Source of the DNA: Candidatus Poribacteria bacterium
GTDB taxonomy: Bacteria > Poribacteria > WGA-4E > WGA-3G
Direction of reading: 5' to 3'
DNA: 64,000 nt
Assembly: GCA_963663765.2 (NCBI GenBank)
Contig: CAXXUA010000006.1
Coordinates: forward strand, 256,001-320,000
Of this stretch, positions 53,277 through 62,727 are shown piece after piece. The stretch's first letter is position 1. Each line of letters opens with the position of its first letter. Below the pieces are notes generated by a model. It did no database searches and was not told the DNA's origin. It saw only the letters and a list, made by a program, of their open reading frames with translations. The position numbers and the translations under genes were made by a program.

Positions 53277-54080
53277 ATGAGAAACTCACCAAGACCAGAC
53301 CAAAGAAGAACTTTTCAAGGTCCAGGTAGTCCAAGTACCCCACGTTCTGAAAGAAGACATCATCGGGAAGAACAGCATCGAGGTCAAGGGAGACATAGAC
53401 CCCAACGACCAACCAGAGAAGATAGAACCCAACGACCATCCAGAGAAGATAGACTCCAACGGTCACCCAGAGAAGATAGACCCAAACGACCATCCAGATT
53501 AAAAAGAAATCAGTCAAATCCTGAAATGCAAGGACAGGGTCCACCCCCACACGTAAGGGGTAATCGACAGAACCGTCCGAAAGAAGACCGAGAAAATAGG
53601 CGACGACGTCAGCATAAGCGAGCACATCATTCAAACTTCGGTTCACAGAATCCGATGAGACTACCGATGCAACGTAACAGTCGGATGAGGCACTTTTTTG
53701 ACAGAGGATTTACGGACGGTAAGCGAAACCCGAAAAGAGGTAGATCCAGATGGAATCCACCTGTTGAGTTTTCAGTTTATGAAGATAGATTTGAAGTGAA
53801 AGTTGAACTCCCAGGTGTTAAGCAAGAAAAAATCAAGGTTTCTACGACTGACAAGGTTCTGATAGTTAGAGGCGAAAAAAAGCGTGGAGAATCGGACGAA
53901 AAAAGGAAGGTCATGCATTCTGATCTCAGATATGGAAAATTTAGACGAATTTTACCACTTCCACCTCATGCTAATACAGATGGAATCAACGCTAAATTCA
54001 AGGATGGAGTATTAACTATTGTGATTTCAAAAACTGAAGATGCTAAACCAAAGGAAGTCCCTATTAATACTGACGACTAA
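53277..54080 (+). CDS. Hsp20 with long Arg-rich, repetitive N-terminal extension
   Basis: About 160 aa of R/P/Q/E-rich sequence with QRPxREDR repeats, then an alpha-crystallin domain; AAGGAG RBS. Confidence 0.88.
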   Translation: MRNSPRPDQRRTFQGPGSPSTPRSERRHHREEQHRGQGRHRPQRPTREDRTQRPSREDRLQRSPREDRPKRPSRLKRNQSNPEMQGQGPPPHVRGNRQNRPKEDRENRRRRQHKRAHHSNFGSQNPMRLPMQRNSRMRHFFDRGFTDGKRNPKRGRSRWNPPVEFSVYEDRFEVKVELPGVKQEKIKVSTTDKVLIVRGEKKRGESDEKRKVMHSDLRYGKFRRILPLPPHANTDGINAKFKDGVLTIVISKTEDAKPKEVPINTDD

Positions 54081-54163
54081 AGTAGAAATGCTTTGTTTGG
54101 ACGTTGATAAGAGGCTTATATTGAAGGTTAGTGCTGATAGACACTAACCTGTTTCTTTTTAAG

Positions 54164-54826
54164 CTAATTGCTGTTTTCCTTATCCTTTAGAATACCTGTA
54201 TAGACAAGTGCAGCAAGGACTGCACCTATACATGGACCGACAATATAGAGCCAGATGTTTCCCCACTGAGCATACTCTGCCCCAGCAAACATTGCAGGTC
54301 CTAAAGTCCGTGCAGGATTGAGCGATGCACGTGTCAATGGTCCTCCCATGAGTATACAAAATACAAGGGTTGAACCGATTGCAATCCCAGAAAAGTTTCC
54401 TGCTTTCCCACTTACCGCAGTGTTAAATATTGCATTTACGAGGAAAAATGTTAATATTATTTCAACGAAGAATCCTTGTGTTACGGTGACATTTTCTGCT
54501 AAGATTGTTACCCCTAAATCACCATACACTGGTAGGAGTCCTTTTAGCATCCTTGCTGCAAATATTGCACCAGCAAACTGAAAAAACCAATATCCCATTG
54601 CTGTAGAAAATCGGATCTCTCTTGCTATGAGAAAACCCAAAGTTACAGCCGGATTTATATGTGCTCCTGAGATGTGTCCAAACGCATAAATGACGCCGAC
54701 AACAACTAATCCGTGCGCAAGAGCAACTTCTAACAAAGCATCTTGATTGATTGCTAACGCACCAGCACCAATAAAAATAAGGGCGTAAGTACCTATAAAT
54801 TCTACAACTAATTTTCGTAAAACCAT
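54164..54826 (-). CDS. MIP-family aquaporin
   Basis: HISGAHINPAVT and SLNPART (two NPA motifs). Confidence 0.93.
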   Translation of the reverse strand: MVLRKLVVEFIGTYALIFIGAGALAINQDALLEVALAHGLVVVGVIYAFGHISGAHINPAVTLGFLIAREIRFSTAMGYWFFQFAGAIFAARMLKGLLPVYGDLGVTILAENVTVTQGFFVEIILTFFLVNAIFNTAVSGKAGNFSGIAIGSTLVFCILMGGPLTRASLNPARTLGPAMFAGAEYAQWGNIWLYIVGPCIGAVLAALVYTGILKDKENSN

Positions 54827-54882
54827 AAAATGTATTTTTTTCTAATCATATTCTTTTGTTTAGTCATCACAGACTTTTAGCA

Positions 54883-56241
54883 CTAAAGTGGCCATCTATT
54901 TTGGAATTGTGCAACCATAGCATCAGGACCACCGTGCTGCCCTAAAAAGTGCAAAAAGGCTTGATAGAGTCGGCGTGCTTCGTCTGTGTCTGAGTCGAAC
55001 CGATTATGGTTCTGTTCTGGATCAGTTGTTAGATGGAATAAACTTTTTGGTGCGCCTTTGTTTTCTAACAATAATGACCATTCACCATCAGTGACGTTAC
55101 CGTGTGGACTTCCGCCATCAGGACTCCAACCACCACCCCAAGCACCGTGAGAGACAGCATACTCACTACCTTTATCGGTGTCTCCGACGATTATGGGTAG
55201 GAGACTGTTCCCTTCAACCTGCTTACCGCGTTCAGCGCCAAATGCTTCAATCACGGTGGGTGGAATGTCAATAATACTTACCAGTGCATCAGTTTGTCTT
55301 GGTGCGACATCTGGATGATATATTAAGAGAGGAATATGGATTATCTCCTCATACATACTCAGGTTTTTCGCAATGAGATCGTGTTCTCCCAACAGAAATC
55401 CGTGATCAGCCATGAAAACAATCATCGTGTTTTCCATCAATCCCATATAGTCTATTTTTCTCAAAAGATGTCCAATCCATTTGTCAACAAGGCATGCTTC
55501 AGCACGGTAGAGTGCATTGAGACGTTGAGTTGTTCGTTCATCCATCTGATTTGGACCATAAGTAGGATAGATGGGTTCTGGACCGTCGTAATCATCAGGA
55601 TCAAATCGTCTGATGTGCCAATCTGGTACATCCCAAGGTTCGTGTGGGTCAAAGGTATCCACCATCAGATAGAAATTCTTATGCTGATAGTTGCGTTCAA
55701 GCCAATCGCATGCGGTTTGCATTGTTTGTGCAACAAAGGTATCACCCTCATTCTGTCGAAAATCTGAATTTTTGAGATGGTTAACGAGGCCTGGTGGTAA
55801 TCTGTTCGGATTAGGACGTGTGTGTTCTCTATAACGTAACACTTCTTCTGTATCAAAATCGTAAGGATGTGTTTCATACAGGTCGGATTCCTGTCCTCGG
55901 ATCCAGTTCCAACCTGTAAACCCTCTGTTATAGAAGAAGCCGTTATTGAGATGGTGTGGTGTATCTGCTATCATCATGCTAACAACACCTGCTTTTGTTA
56001 GATTGTTTGCTATGACAGGGACGTTGCGAGGTAAGGGTTCCCAGCCGCGCCGACAGATCCCTACTTCCCCAGTGACCAAATCTCCGCGAATCGGGACGGT
56101 TGGGAAGCTGCAGATGTATGCCTTGTTAAAGACAACACTCTTTTCTGCAAAGGCATTGAGTGCAGGACAATAACCCTTACCCCCAAATACCTCTAAATTG
56201 TCTCGTCTGAATGTATCTGAAATAATGTGAATGATGTTCAT
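54883..56241 (-). CDS. Sulfatase-like hydrolase (alkaline phosphatase superfamily)
   Basis: IISDTFRRD, PTVPIRGDLVTG, FDPHEPW, ADHGFLLGEH. Confidence 0.88.
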   Translation of the reverse strand: MNIIHIISDTFRRDNLEVFGGKGYCPALNAFAEKSVVFNKAYICSFPTVPIRGDLVTGEVGICRRGWEPLPRNVPVIANNLTKAGVVSMMIADTPHHLNNGFFYNRGFTGWNWIRGQESDLYETHPYDFDTEEVLRYREHTRPNPNRLPPGLVNHLKNSDFRQNEGDTFVAQTMQTACDWLERNYQHKNFYLMVDTFDPHEPWDVPDWHIRRFDPDDYDGPEPIYPTYGPNQMDERTTQRLNALYRAEACLVDKWIGHLLRKIDYMGLMENTMIVFMADHGFLLGEHDLIAKNLSMYEEIIHIPLLIYHPDVAPRQTDALVSIIDIPPTVIEAFGAERGKQVEGNSLLPIIVGDTDKGSEYAVSHGAWGGGWSPDGGSPHGNVTDGEWSLLLENKGAPKSLFHLTTDPEQNHNRFDSDTDEARRLYQAFLHFLGQHGGPDAMVAQFQNRWPL

Positions 56242-56271
56242 AGTTTTCCTCTTTGATATTTATGTTTTAGA

Positions 56272-57672
56272 TTATACCGTATATTCGCTTTCTTGTGGTG
56301 ATATTTCCTTTTCTCTATCAGCTATTTGCACGACTGCAGGTAGTAAACCGTATATCCCCCAGAAAGGTACACCGATCGCATCACCGTTAAGCAAGTTGTT
56401 CACAACGAAATGTACCATCAATGAAATTTCTGCTGCCATGAGGCCAATAATAATTGACCGGTAAAACCCATCATCAATTCGTTTGATAGCACGAAATCCG
56501 TATATAAGAAAAGCGAGATTAAGCCATAGCCAAACGACTAAACCGATACTACCGAGTTCTGCCATAACTTGAAGGTATTCACTGTGTGCACCTAACTGAA
56601 ACTGAGCAATATAGCTGCCGACAAGCGCAACATCCTCCTCATATAGCATTCCAAATGCACCATAACCCTTTCCTAAAATTGGACTGTCAAGGAACATTGA
56701 GAACGATTGTCCCCAACGTAACAAGCGTGCTCGATTGGAAGCGTAGTCTAAATCCACCGTCGTTGAAATCCTATCCAAAACTGCACTATACACACCCGGT
56801 AAACTCAAACATATCAGTAAGATTGCACCTGCAGCCCCTACGAATAGTACCTTTTTATGTGTAAAACCTTTACCCAACTGCAACAACATGAATCCAACGG
56901 CAACAATAACTGACAACCATACCCCGCGTGAGAAACACATGGTTAGACCCACACTGAAGCATAGAAACCATCCGACCCACATGACGCGGTCATATTTTTG
57001 ATTATCAAATAGCAAGCGACTCAGACAGATTAGGAAAAAAACAGCAGTAAATGACCCGTAAACAGAATAATTCGTGAAGGGTGAACTCCTATACGCACTT
57101 GTCCACTGCCATTCGTCAATATGGTAAAACAGCACGATAACTGTCCAAATAACTGCTATTGCTGCACTTGGAAATGAAGCTATAAATAGGTGTTTCAGAC
57201 TCTGACGATGTTGGACTAAATCAAAAACGACTAAGCTGAACAGGACATAAGTAGAATACCTGATTGCACCTTTCAATGTTCCAAATAGGTCAGGTGTGTT
57301 AATTGCAGATAGGAACGTAACGAAGATAAATAAACACAGAGGCAAAAGAAATGGAAAGGTAGGCTTGTGTTGCTGTTTACCAAGTGCAAAATCCAAAATC
57401 TTCTTAAGCAAATAGACTGCACAAAGCATCCCTAACAACGGTTCGGTAGGTGTCTGTATTTCAAGTAGATTGGGTATAATATAACGAAAGGAAAACGGTA
57501 GGCAGATTAACAACAAATAAGTTGCCATATCCATACCGATAAAAACAAAGGCACCGGTTGCAGCTAATAGGCACAGAACAGTAAGCGGTGTTTCAGAAAA
57601 GTAGCCAACGATTGTCCCTAACACAATGCAAACTATAAAGGGTAAAATACGGTATGCTTGCTTAAAGGACAT
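56272..57672 (-). CDS. O-antigen ligase (Wzy_C) family membrane protein
   Basis: Multiple TM segments, FSRGVW, SNRAR, PILGKGYG, AHSEYLQVMAELG. Confidence 0.88.
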   Translation of the reverse strand: MSFKQAYRILPFIVCIVLGTIVGYFSETPLTVLCLLAATGAFVFIGMDMATYLLLICLPFSFRYIIPNLLEIQTPTEPLLGMLCAVYLLKKILDFALGKQQHKPTFPFLLPLCLFIFVTFLSAINTPDLFGTLKGAIRYSTYVLFSLVVFDLVQHRQSLKHLFIASFPSAAIAVIWTVIVLFYHIDEWQWTSAYRSSPFTNYSVYGSFTAVFFLICLSRLLFDNQKYDRVMWVGWFLCFSVGLTMCFSRGVWLSVIVAVGFMLLQLGKGFTHKKVLFVGAAGAILLICLSLPGVYSAVLDRISTTVDLDYASNRARLLRWGQSFSMFLDSPILGKGYGAFGMLYEEDVALVGSYIAQFQLGAHSEYLQVMAELGSIGLVVWLWLNLAFLIYGFRAIKRIDDGFYRSIIIGLMAAEISLMVHFVVNNLLNGDAIGVPFWGIYGLLPAVVQIADREKEISPQESEYTV

Positions 57673-57684
57673 GCTTAATACGGA

Positions 57685-58425
57685 TTAGAACTGGGTTCTA
57701 ACTCCCATTCCAATCGCGGTTCCGTCTAAAATAATATTTAAAGGAACGGTGCCTTTAGTTTCAACGGTTTTTAAAATCCTTTTTAATTCAAAGGAGACAT
57801 AAGCGTTATTCCCTATTTTTGCTTGTGTGTTTGTCTGTGATTGCCATTGAAATAACTCAATACCTACTATAACGTAACCTGTTGAACTAATAGTACTATT
57901 TGAGAGCACGATACCTTGTTCTTTAAGTATTTCAACAACATTCCCATGAAAACTCGCTCTCAAGAAACCGAATCCGACTCCCAAATAGACAGGGATATAT
58001 TGATTTAGCAGGATGGGACGATACAAGAGTTGGTAAGACAAAGGGACAAGTGTTGTCGTTAGTGTTAAAGAGTTTTGTTCCGCGGTTTGAAGTTCTGTAC
58101 GCCAATACCCAATTTCTAACCGAGAATCAAGTTCAGGTCTGTGTTGAAAGACTGCTGAAAGTGTTGGCATAAGTGCTACAGGCGGATTTGTTACACCAAC
58201 ATTCTGAAGAAAATTAGTAAGATCACCTAACTCTGGTTTATAAGAATAGAGTGCGAATTGCAAGGATGAGTTCTGTATGTTGTGATCCCAGAAATTGTTG
58301 CCGATGGTAGATGGGTTTTTCATTTGTGCATCAGCAACATCGGCAATTGTGGGTATAGAAATGAAATAAAAAATGATTAATAGGCATATAAAATACCTAT
58401 TGTGTTGATTCATTTTATAGACCAT
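57685..58425 (-). CDS. Secreted hypothetical protein, possible small outer-membrane beta-barrel
   Basis: Signal peptide, amphipathic strands, C-terminal Phe. Confidence 0.6.
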   Translation of the reverse strand: MVYKMNQHNRYFICLLIIFYFISIPTIADVADAQMKNPSTIGNNFWDHNIQNSSLQFALYSYKPELGDLTNFLQNVGVTNPPVALMPTLSAVFQHRPELDSRLEIGYWRTELQTAEQNSLTLTTTLVPLSYQLLYRPILLNQYIPVYLGVGFGFLRASFHGNVVEILKEQGIVLSNSTISSTGYVIVGIELFQWQSQTNTQAKIGNNAYVSFELKRILKTVETKGTVPLNIILDGTAIGMGVRTQF

Positions 58426-58533
58426 CTATTTCTTCTCTGTTACATTTTTATATCATAAAAAATTTAGGATGCCCGAATAAGGACATCCTAACTATAATAG
58501 ACAGAAAAATAAAGGTAATACATTAATTGAAGC

Positions 58534-59409
58534 TTACATCATTGAGCCAGTTGGGTTAAGAATGACCTCAACGCGGCGATTCATTGCTCTTCCAGCAGAG
58601 TTATTCTGCGGTGCTACCGGATCAGTATGAGCTTTTCCTACGGCTTTTATCCTTGCTGCATCTATACCTTTATCTTTCAGGTATTTCGCTGCAGCGTTTG
58701 CTCTTGATTGAGACAGATCCCAATTGCTCTTGTGTGAACCACTTAGTACTGGTGTTCCATCAGCATGTCCGACAACAAGTACTGTTGCTTCTGGATTTTC
58801 CATGATCTGTCCGACAATGCCATCCAGCATTTCCATGCCTTCTTTAGACAACCTAGTGTGGCCACTGGCAAAATTAACGGTAACCAAGAGTGTAGGTTTA
58901 TTTGCAACTTCAGCTTTGAGTTCTGAGATGTCCGCTATAATAGAGGCGATTTGTGCCATGACTTTTTTCAAATCAATGTCTTGTGTCTTCAGTGCATTTG
59001 CTAGATTCACCAAATCTTTCTTTAACTTGGCATCTTCTGCTTTTGCAAATTCGTTTGATTTGTTACCTTGAGTTTCAATATCTTTTGATAGGGCTGCTCG
59101 TAGTTTTGCGTCATTTTCTTTTGCTTTCTGGTCAGCAGCAGCGATAGTATCGGCATCTCCTTGTTGTGAAGCAGCAATAGCCTCGTCTTTTCCCTTAGAG
59201 ATTGCCTCCATCGTCGATTTGTTGTTCTGATCAACCTTTCCTTCAAGTTTAGTAATTTTTGTATTTACTTCTGTATTGGATTGGTTAATCTCCGCAACGT
59301 GTTGATTTTTCCACATTTCAAACTCTTTTTCATCTAACTTACCGCAACCTATAGCGATAATACAAATGACCAAAAGAGATGTAATGGTAAATATTCCTCT
59401 GATATTCAT
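58534..59409 (-). CDS. OmpA/MotB-domain lipoprotein with coiled coil
   Basis: Lipobox-like AIGC, VVGHAD, NWDLSQSRA, GRAMNRRVE. Confidence 0.9.
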   Translation of the reverse strand: MNIRGIFTITSLLVICIIAIGCGKLDEKEFEMWKNQHVAEINQSNTEVNTKITKLEGKVDQNNKSTMEAISKGKDEAIAASQQGDADTIAAADQKAKENDAKLRAALSKDIETQGNKSNEFAKAEDAKLKKDLVNLANALKTQDIDLKKVMAQIASIIADISELKAEVANKPTLLVTVNFASGHTRLSKEGMEMLDGIVGQIMENPEATVLVVGHADGTPVLSGSHKSNWDLSQSRANAAAKYLKDKGIDAARIKAVGKAHTDPVAPQNNSAGRAMNRRVEVILNPTGSMM

Positions 59410-59539
59410 GGAATTCCTCCAAAAAATTGATGGGTAAACTGAGTGTTCAAATTATTTCACAATATCTGCGTCATAATAGTTTAACACAATTTAGGATTTA
59501 ATTCAAAAAAAATTGTTTTTGTATCACTATTACATTTAG

Positions 59540-59732
59540 CAGGACTTAAGCAGTCTCAAAGAATATCGATGGATTTGAGAGTTGAAATCGCATATAATCA
59601 TCCAATAAACTTTTTTAAGTTCATAAATTGATTTGCCAATACCAGTGACTTGTTTGATCATATGATTCGGAAAGTGTAAATGTAATGATAATGAAATAGT
59701 ATAACACAAATCTATATAGTGCGTAAGTCCTG
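59540..59732. mobile_element. MITE with CAGGACTTA ends and 5-bp TSD TTTAG
   Basis: caggacttaagca / tgcgtaagtcctg flanked by TTTAG. Confidence 0.78.
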
Positions 59733-60044
59733 TTTAGTTAACGCCCTCAAAATTTTAGTACCCTCCCAGTTTTTAGATTCCGACTAAATCCTTACCTATA
59801 CAGGCGTGAGAACGAATTTGGATTTGAAGCAAAAACTAAAATAGTAGAGTTGTAGAGTTGTAGCGTAATTTTTTGATGTAGTATTCGGTTTTTGAGGGTA
59901 GCCTCTAAAAACACAATTCTTAGGATTATCTTTTGAGCTTGGGTTAAGATTGGTGAATATATATTAACGACTTGTGCCAGTTAACCCATTGTTTTCAAAG
60001 TTTTTACATATATTAGGTTTATAATGCACACATATCGTCCCTAC

Positions 60045-60236
60045 CAAATCAACGCCAAATGCGCCAAATCAACGGTATGAATGCCATTTAGGCATTCCCC
60101 GTATGGCATTTGTCGGGACTAAAGAGGATGTACTATGACGTTTTTCTATAAACATATCGTCCCTACCAAATCAACGCCAAATGCGCCAAATCAACGGTAT
60201 GAATGCCATTTAGGCATTCCCCGTATGGCATTTGTC
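60045..60236 (+). mobile_element. Two nested mini-element pairs (36-bp B inside 34-bp A inside a REP)
   Basis: A 60045-60114 containing B 60065-60100; A 60167-60236 containing B 60187-60222. Confidence 0.88.
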
Positions 60237-61283
60237 GGGACTGAAGATCGTTTCAAACTATGAAGGACACCTGCAAAACGTCATGCTTATGTGAAACAAT
60301 GGTTAACATATAGTTATTTAGCACAACTCGTTATATCAGCAATCTGACAGAATAATTTATATGCACAATCTGCCAGAATGTGCTACAACTACACACACAA
60401 TCTGGAAGAATGTGCTACTACTACCCGCACAATTTGGAAGAATGTGCTACAACTAACCGCACAATCTGACAGAATGTGCTACAACTAACCGCACAATCTG
60501 ACAGAATGTGCTACAACTACCCAGACAATCTGGAAGAATGTCTATTATTGGCGAAGGTATTGTTAAACATGAACATCGCTTTTTAGTACCGTAGGGACGA
60601 TATGTTTATAGAAAACGAATACCCTCCCCAGTTCTTTAGTTCCGCCAAATGCCAAACGCGCATTTGGCGTTGATTTGGTAGAGACGATATGTTTATACTT
60701 CTATGTCGTTCCTACGGAACTCAATTGGGGTAGAAAGCATTTTCTATAAACATATCGTTCCTACGGAACTAAAGACATGGTCAAGATGGTCAATACCTTC
60801 GCCATTTTTGAGTGCTTCAGTTGAATGAGTATATAGTGTTGTTCTACCAATGCTTTGTGATATTGTTAGGATTACATAAATAAAAATAACTTCAGGTTTT
60901 CGTTGAAGTATTTTTTATTATCATAGCGTCTAATTTGACGATAGAATCTGACAGAATAATTTATATGCACAATCTGGAAGAATGTGCTACAACTGACCAC
61001 ACAATCTGGATGAAGATTAATTTATTAATCGGGTAATAAATATTTTTCAGATGGTAGGCGGGGAATGCCTAAATGGCATTCCCCGCCTACCGTGGCCGGA
61101 TTAGTAGAATTACCCAAAGTATTTTTTAATCTTCATGAAGATTGTGCGGTCAGTTGTAGCACATTCTTCCAGAATGTCTATTATTGGCGAAGGTATTGGA
61201 TGGCATTACATAATATTAACGACATAGCAAAATACTATCAAAAATATTGAAAACTGAATAATCCTGCTGTTCATAGAAAATTG

Positions 61284-61312
61284 TTGACAATAAATATCAA
61301 CTTTTATACAAT
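61284..61312 (+). promoter_or_regulatory. sigma70 promoter
   Basis: TTGACA-17-TACAAT. Confidence 0.7.
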
Positions 61313-61375
61313 TCCAATTATGACATGTGTAAACCCTTATTGAACGAAGGTAATATCTTCTAAGGAGGCTTTTTC

Positions 61376-62548
61376 ATGGCGGAACGAATTAAAATGGGAT
61401 TGGTCGGATGTGGAGGAATGTCCGGTGCCCACATGAATGGGTATCGTGAGTTGTGGTCAAAAGAGTTGAGAGAATATGAGATAATCGCCGCATGTGATAT
61501 TGAAAAAGGAAGAGCGGAACAACGAGCAAATCAGGCGTATGAGTTTCAAGGAGGTACAAAACCTGCAGTATATACAGACCTTGATGAGATGCTTGATAAA
61601 CATCCTGATTTAGATTGTGTTGATATATGCGCCTTGCATAGCGCGCATCATGTTCTTGCTGTACCAGCATTGGAAGCAGGGAAGCATGTTATTATTGAAA
61701 AACCGTTTGGTGTAACAATGCGTGCATGCAAACTGATGATGGAAGCGGCAGAACGTAATAATAAAATTATTTCTGTTGCTGAAAACTATCGTTTAGCGAG
61801 GATTCAACGCACCCGCAGTTGGGTGATTGCACAAGGACGTATAGGTGATCCCCGTATGTTCTTTTGGATTGAAGTGGGTGAAGCCCTGGGTAAATGGGGT
61901 TGGCGAAACTTTAAGATGGATGCTGGTGGTGGATGGGCATTAGACGGTGGTGTACATTTTACGGATTTGATGCGATATATCCTCGGTTTAGAAGCTGAAG
62001 AAGTATATGCAATCAATAAGGCTTATGAACCCTACCGTTACGATAATGCTGGTGCCCGTGAAGGTGGTTATTCAGTCGATGTTGAAGACGCAATGATAGC
62101 AACCATCAAGTTTGAACAGGGTGTAACAGCTCAATGGACTTGGGTCGGTTCTGCTCCCGCACACGGTTTTGGTCAACACACAATCTATGGAAGTGAAGGT
62201 GCTCTTGATTGGGGAAGAGGATTAATTCCTCGTGGTGGTGAAGCGATTTCTAATGACGATCTGATGAAAGAATTTACTGACAGTCTCACCGATGAGGAGA
62301 AGGAATACTACAACCCTGCTGGTATTGGTGACACAGTAGCGATTGAGTTGAAATATTTTGCGGATGCAATAAAAACTGGTGGTAAACCTGAAGTAGATGC
62401 GGTTGAAGGCATGCGTTCCGAAGCGATCTGTATGGCTGCCTATGAATCTGGTTATTGGGGTCGTCCTGTTACAATTGCAGAAATAGAAAACTGTGAACTT
62501 GAAGGATACCAAAAGGAAATTAACGATCACTTAGGAATAAGTGATTAG
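61376..62548 (+). CDS. Gfo/Idh/MocA family oxidoreductase
   Basis: GLVGCGGM, AGKHVIIEKP, GGWALDGGVHFTD. Confidence 0.92.
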   Translation: MAERIKMGLVGCGGMSGAHMNGYRELWSKELREYEIIAACDIEKGRAEQRANQAYEFQGGTKPAVYTDLDEMLDKHPDLDCVDICALHSAHHVLAVPALEAGKHVIIEKPFGVTMRACKLMMEAAERNNKIISVAENYRLARIQRTRSWVIAQGRIGDPRMFFWIEVGEALGKWGWRNFKMDAGGGWALDGGVHFTDLMRYILGLEAEEVYAINKAYEPYRYDNAGAREGGYSVDVEDAMIATIKFEQGVTAQWTWVGSAPAHGFGQHTIYGSEGALDWGRGLIPRGGEAISNDDLMKEFTDSLTDEEKEYYNPAGIGDTVAIELKYFADAIKTGGKPEVDAVEGMRSEAICMAAYESGYWGRPVTIAEIENCELEGYQKEINDHLGISD

Positions 62549-62727
62549 AAAAAAGAAAACAATAAGGGTGGAATATCTGTCATATTAGATTAAACCGATT
62601 TTAAACATGAATGGTTCAATTAAGCATTTTTCGGTATTAATCCTTTTATCATAAATGTTCTCACCCTTAAATTGTTTAATATAAAAATAAGAAATTCATT
62701 CTGAGTAAATTTCTCTAAACAAAAATT

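Noticed and set aside
60362-60562. 32-bp repeats as CRISPR
   Set aside because: Head-to-tail tandem repeats with no spacers.
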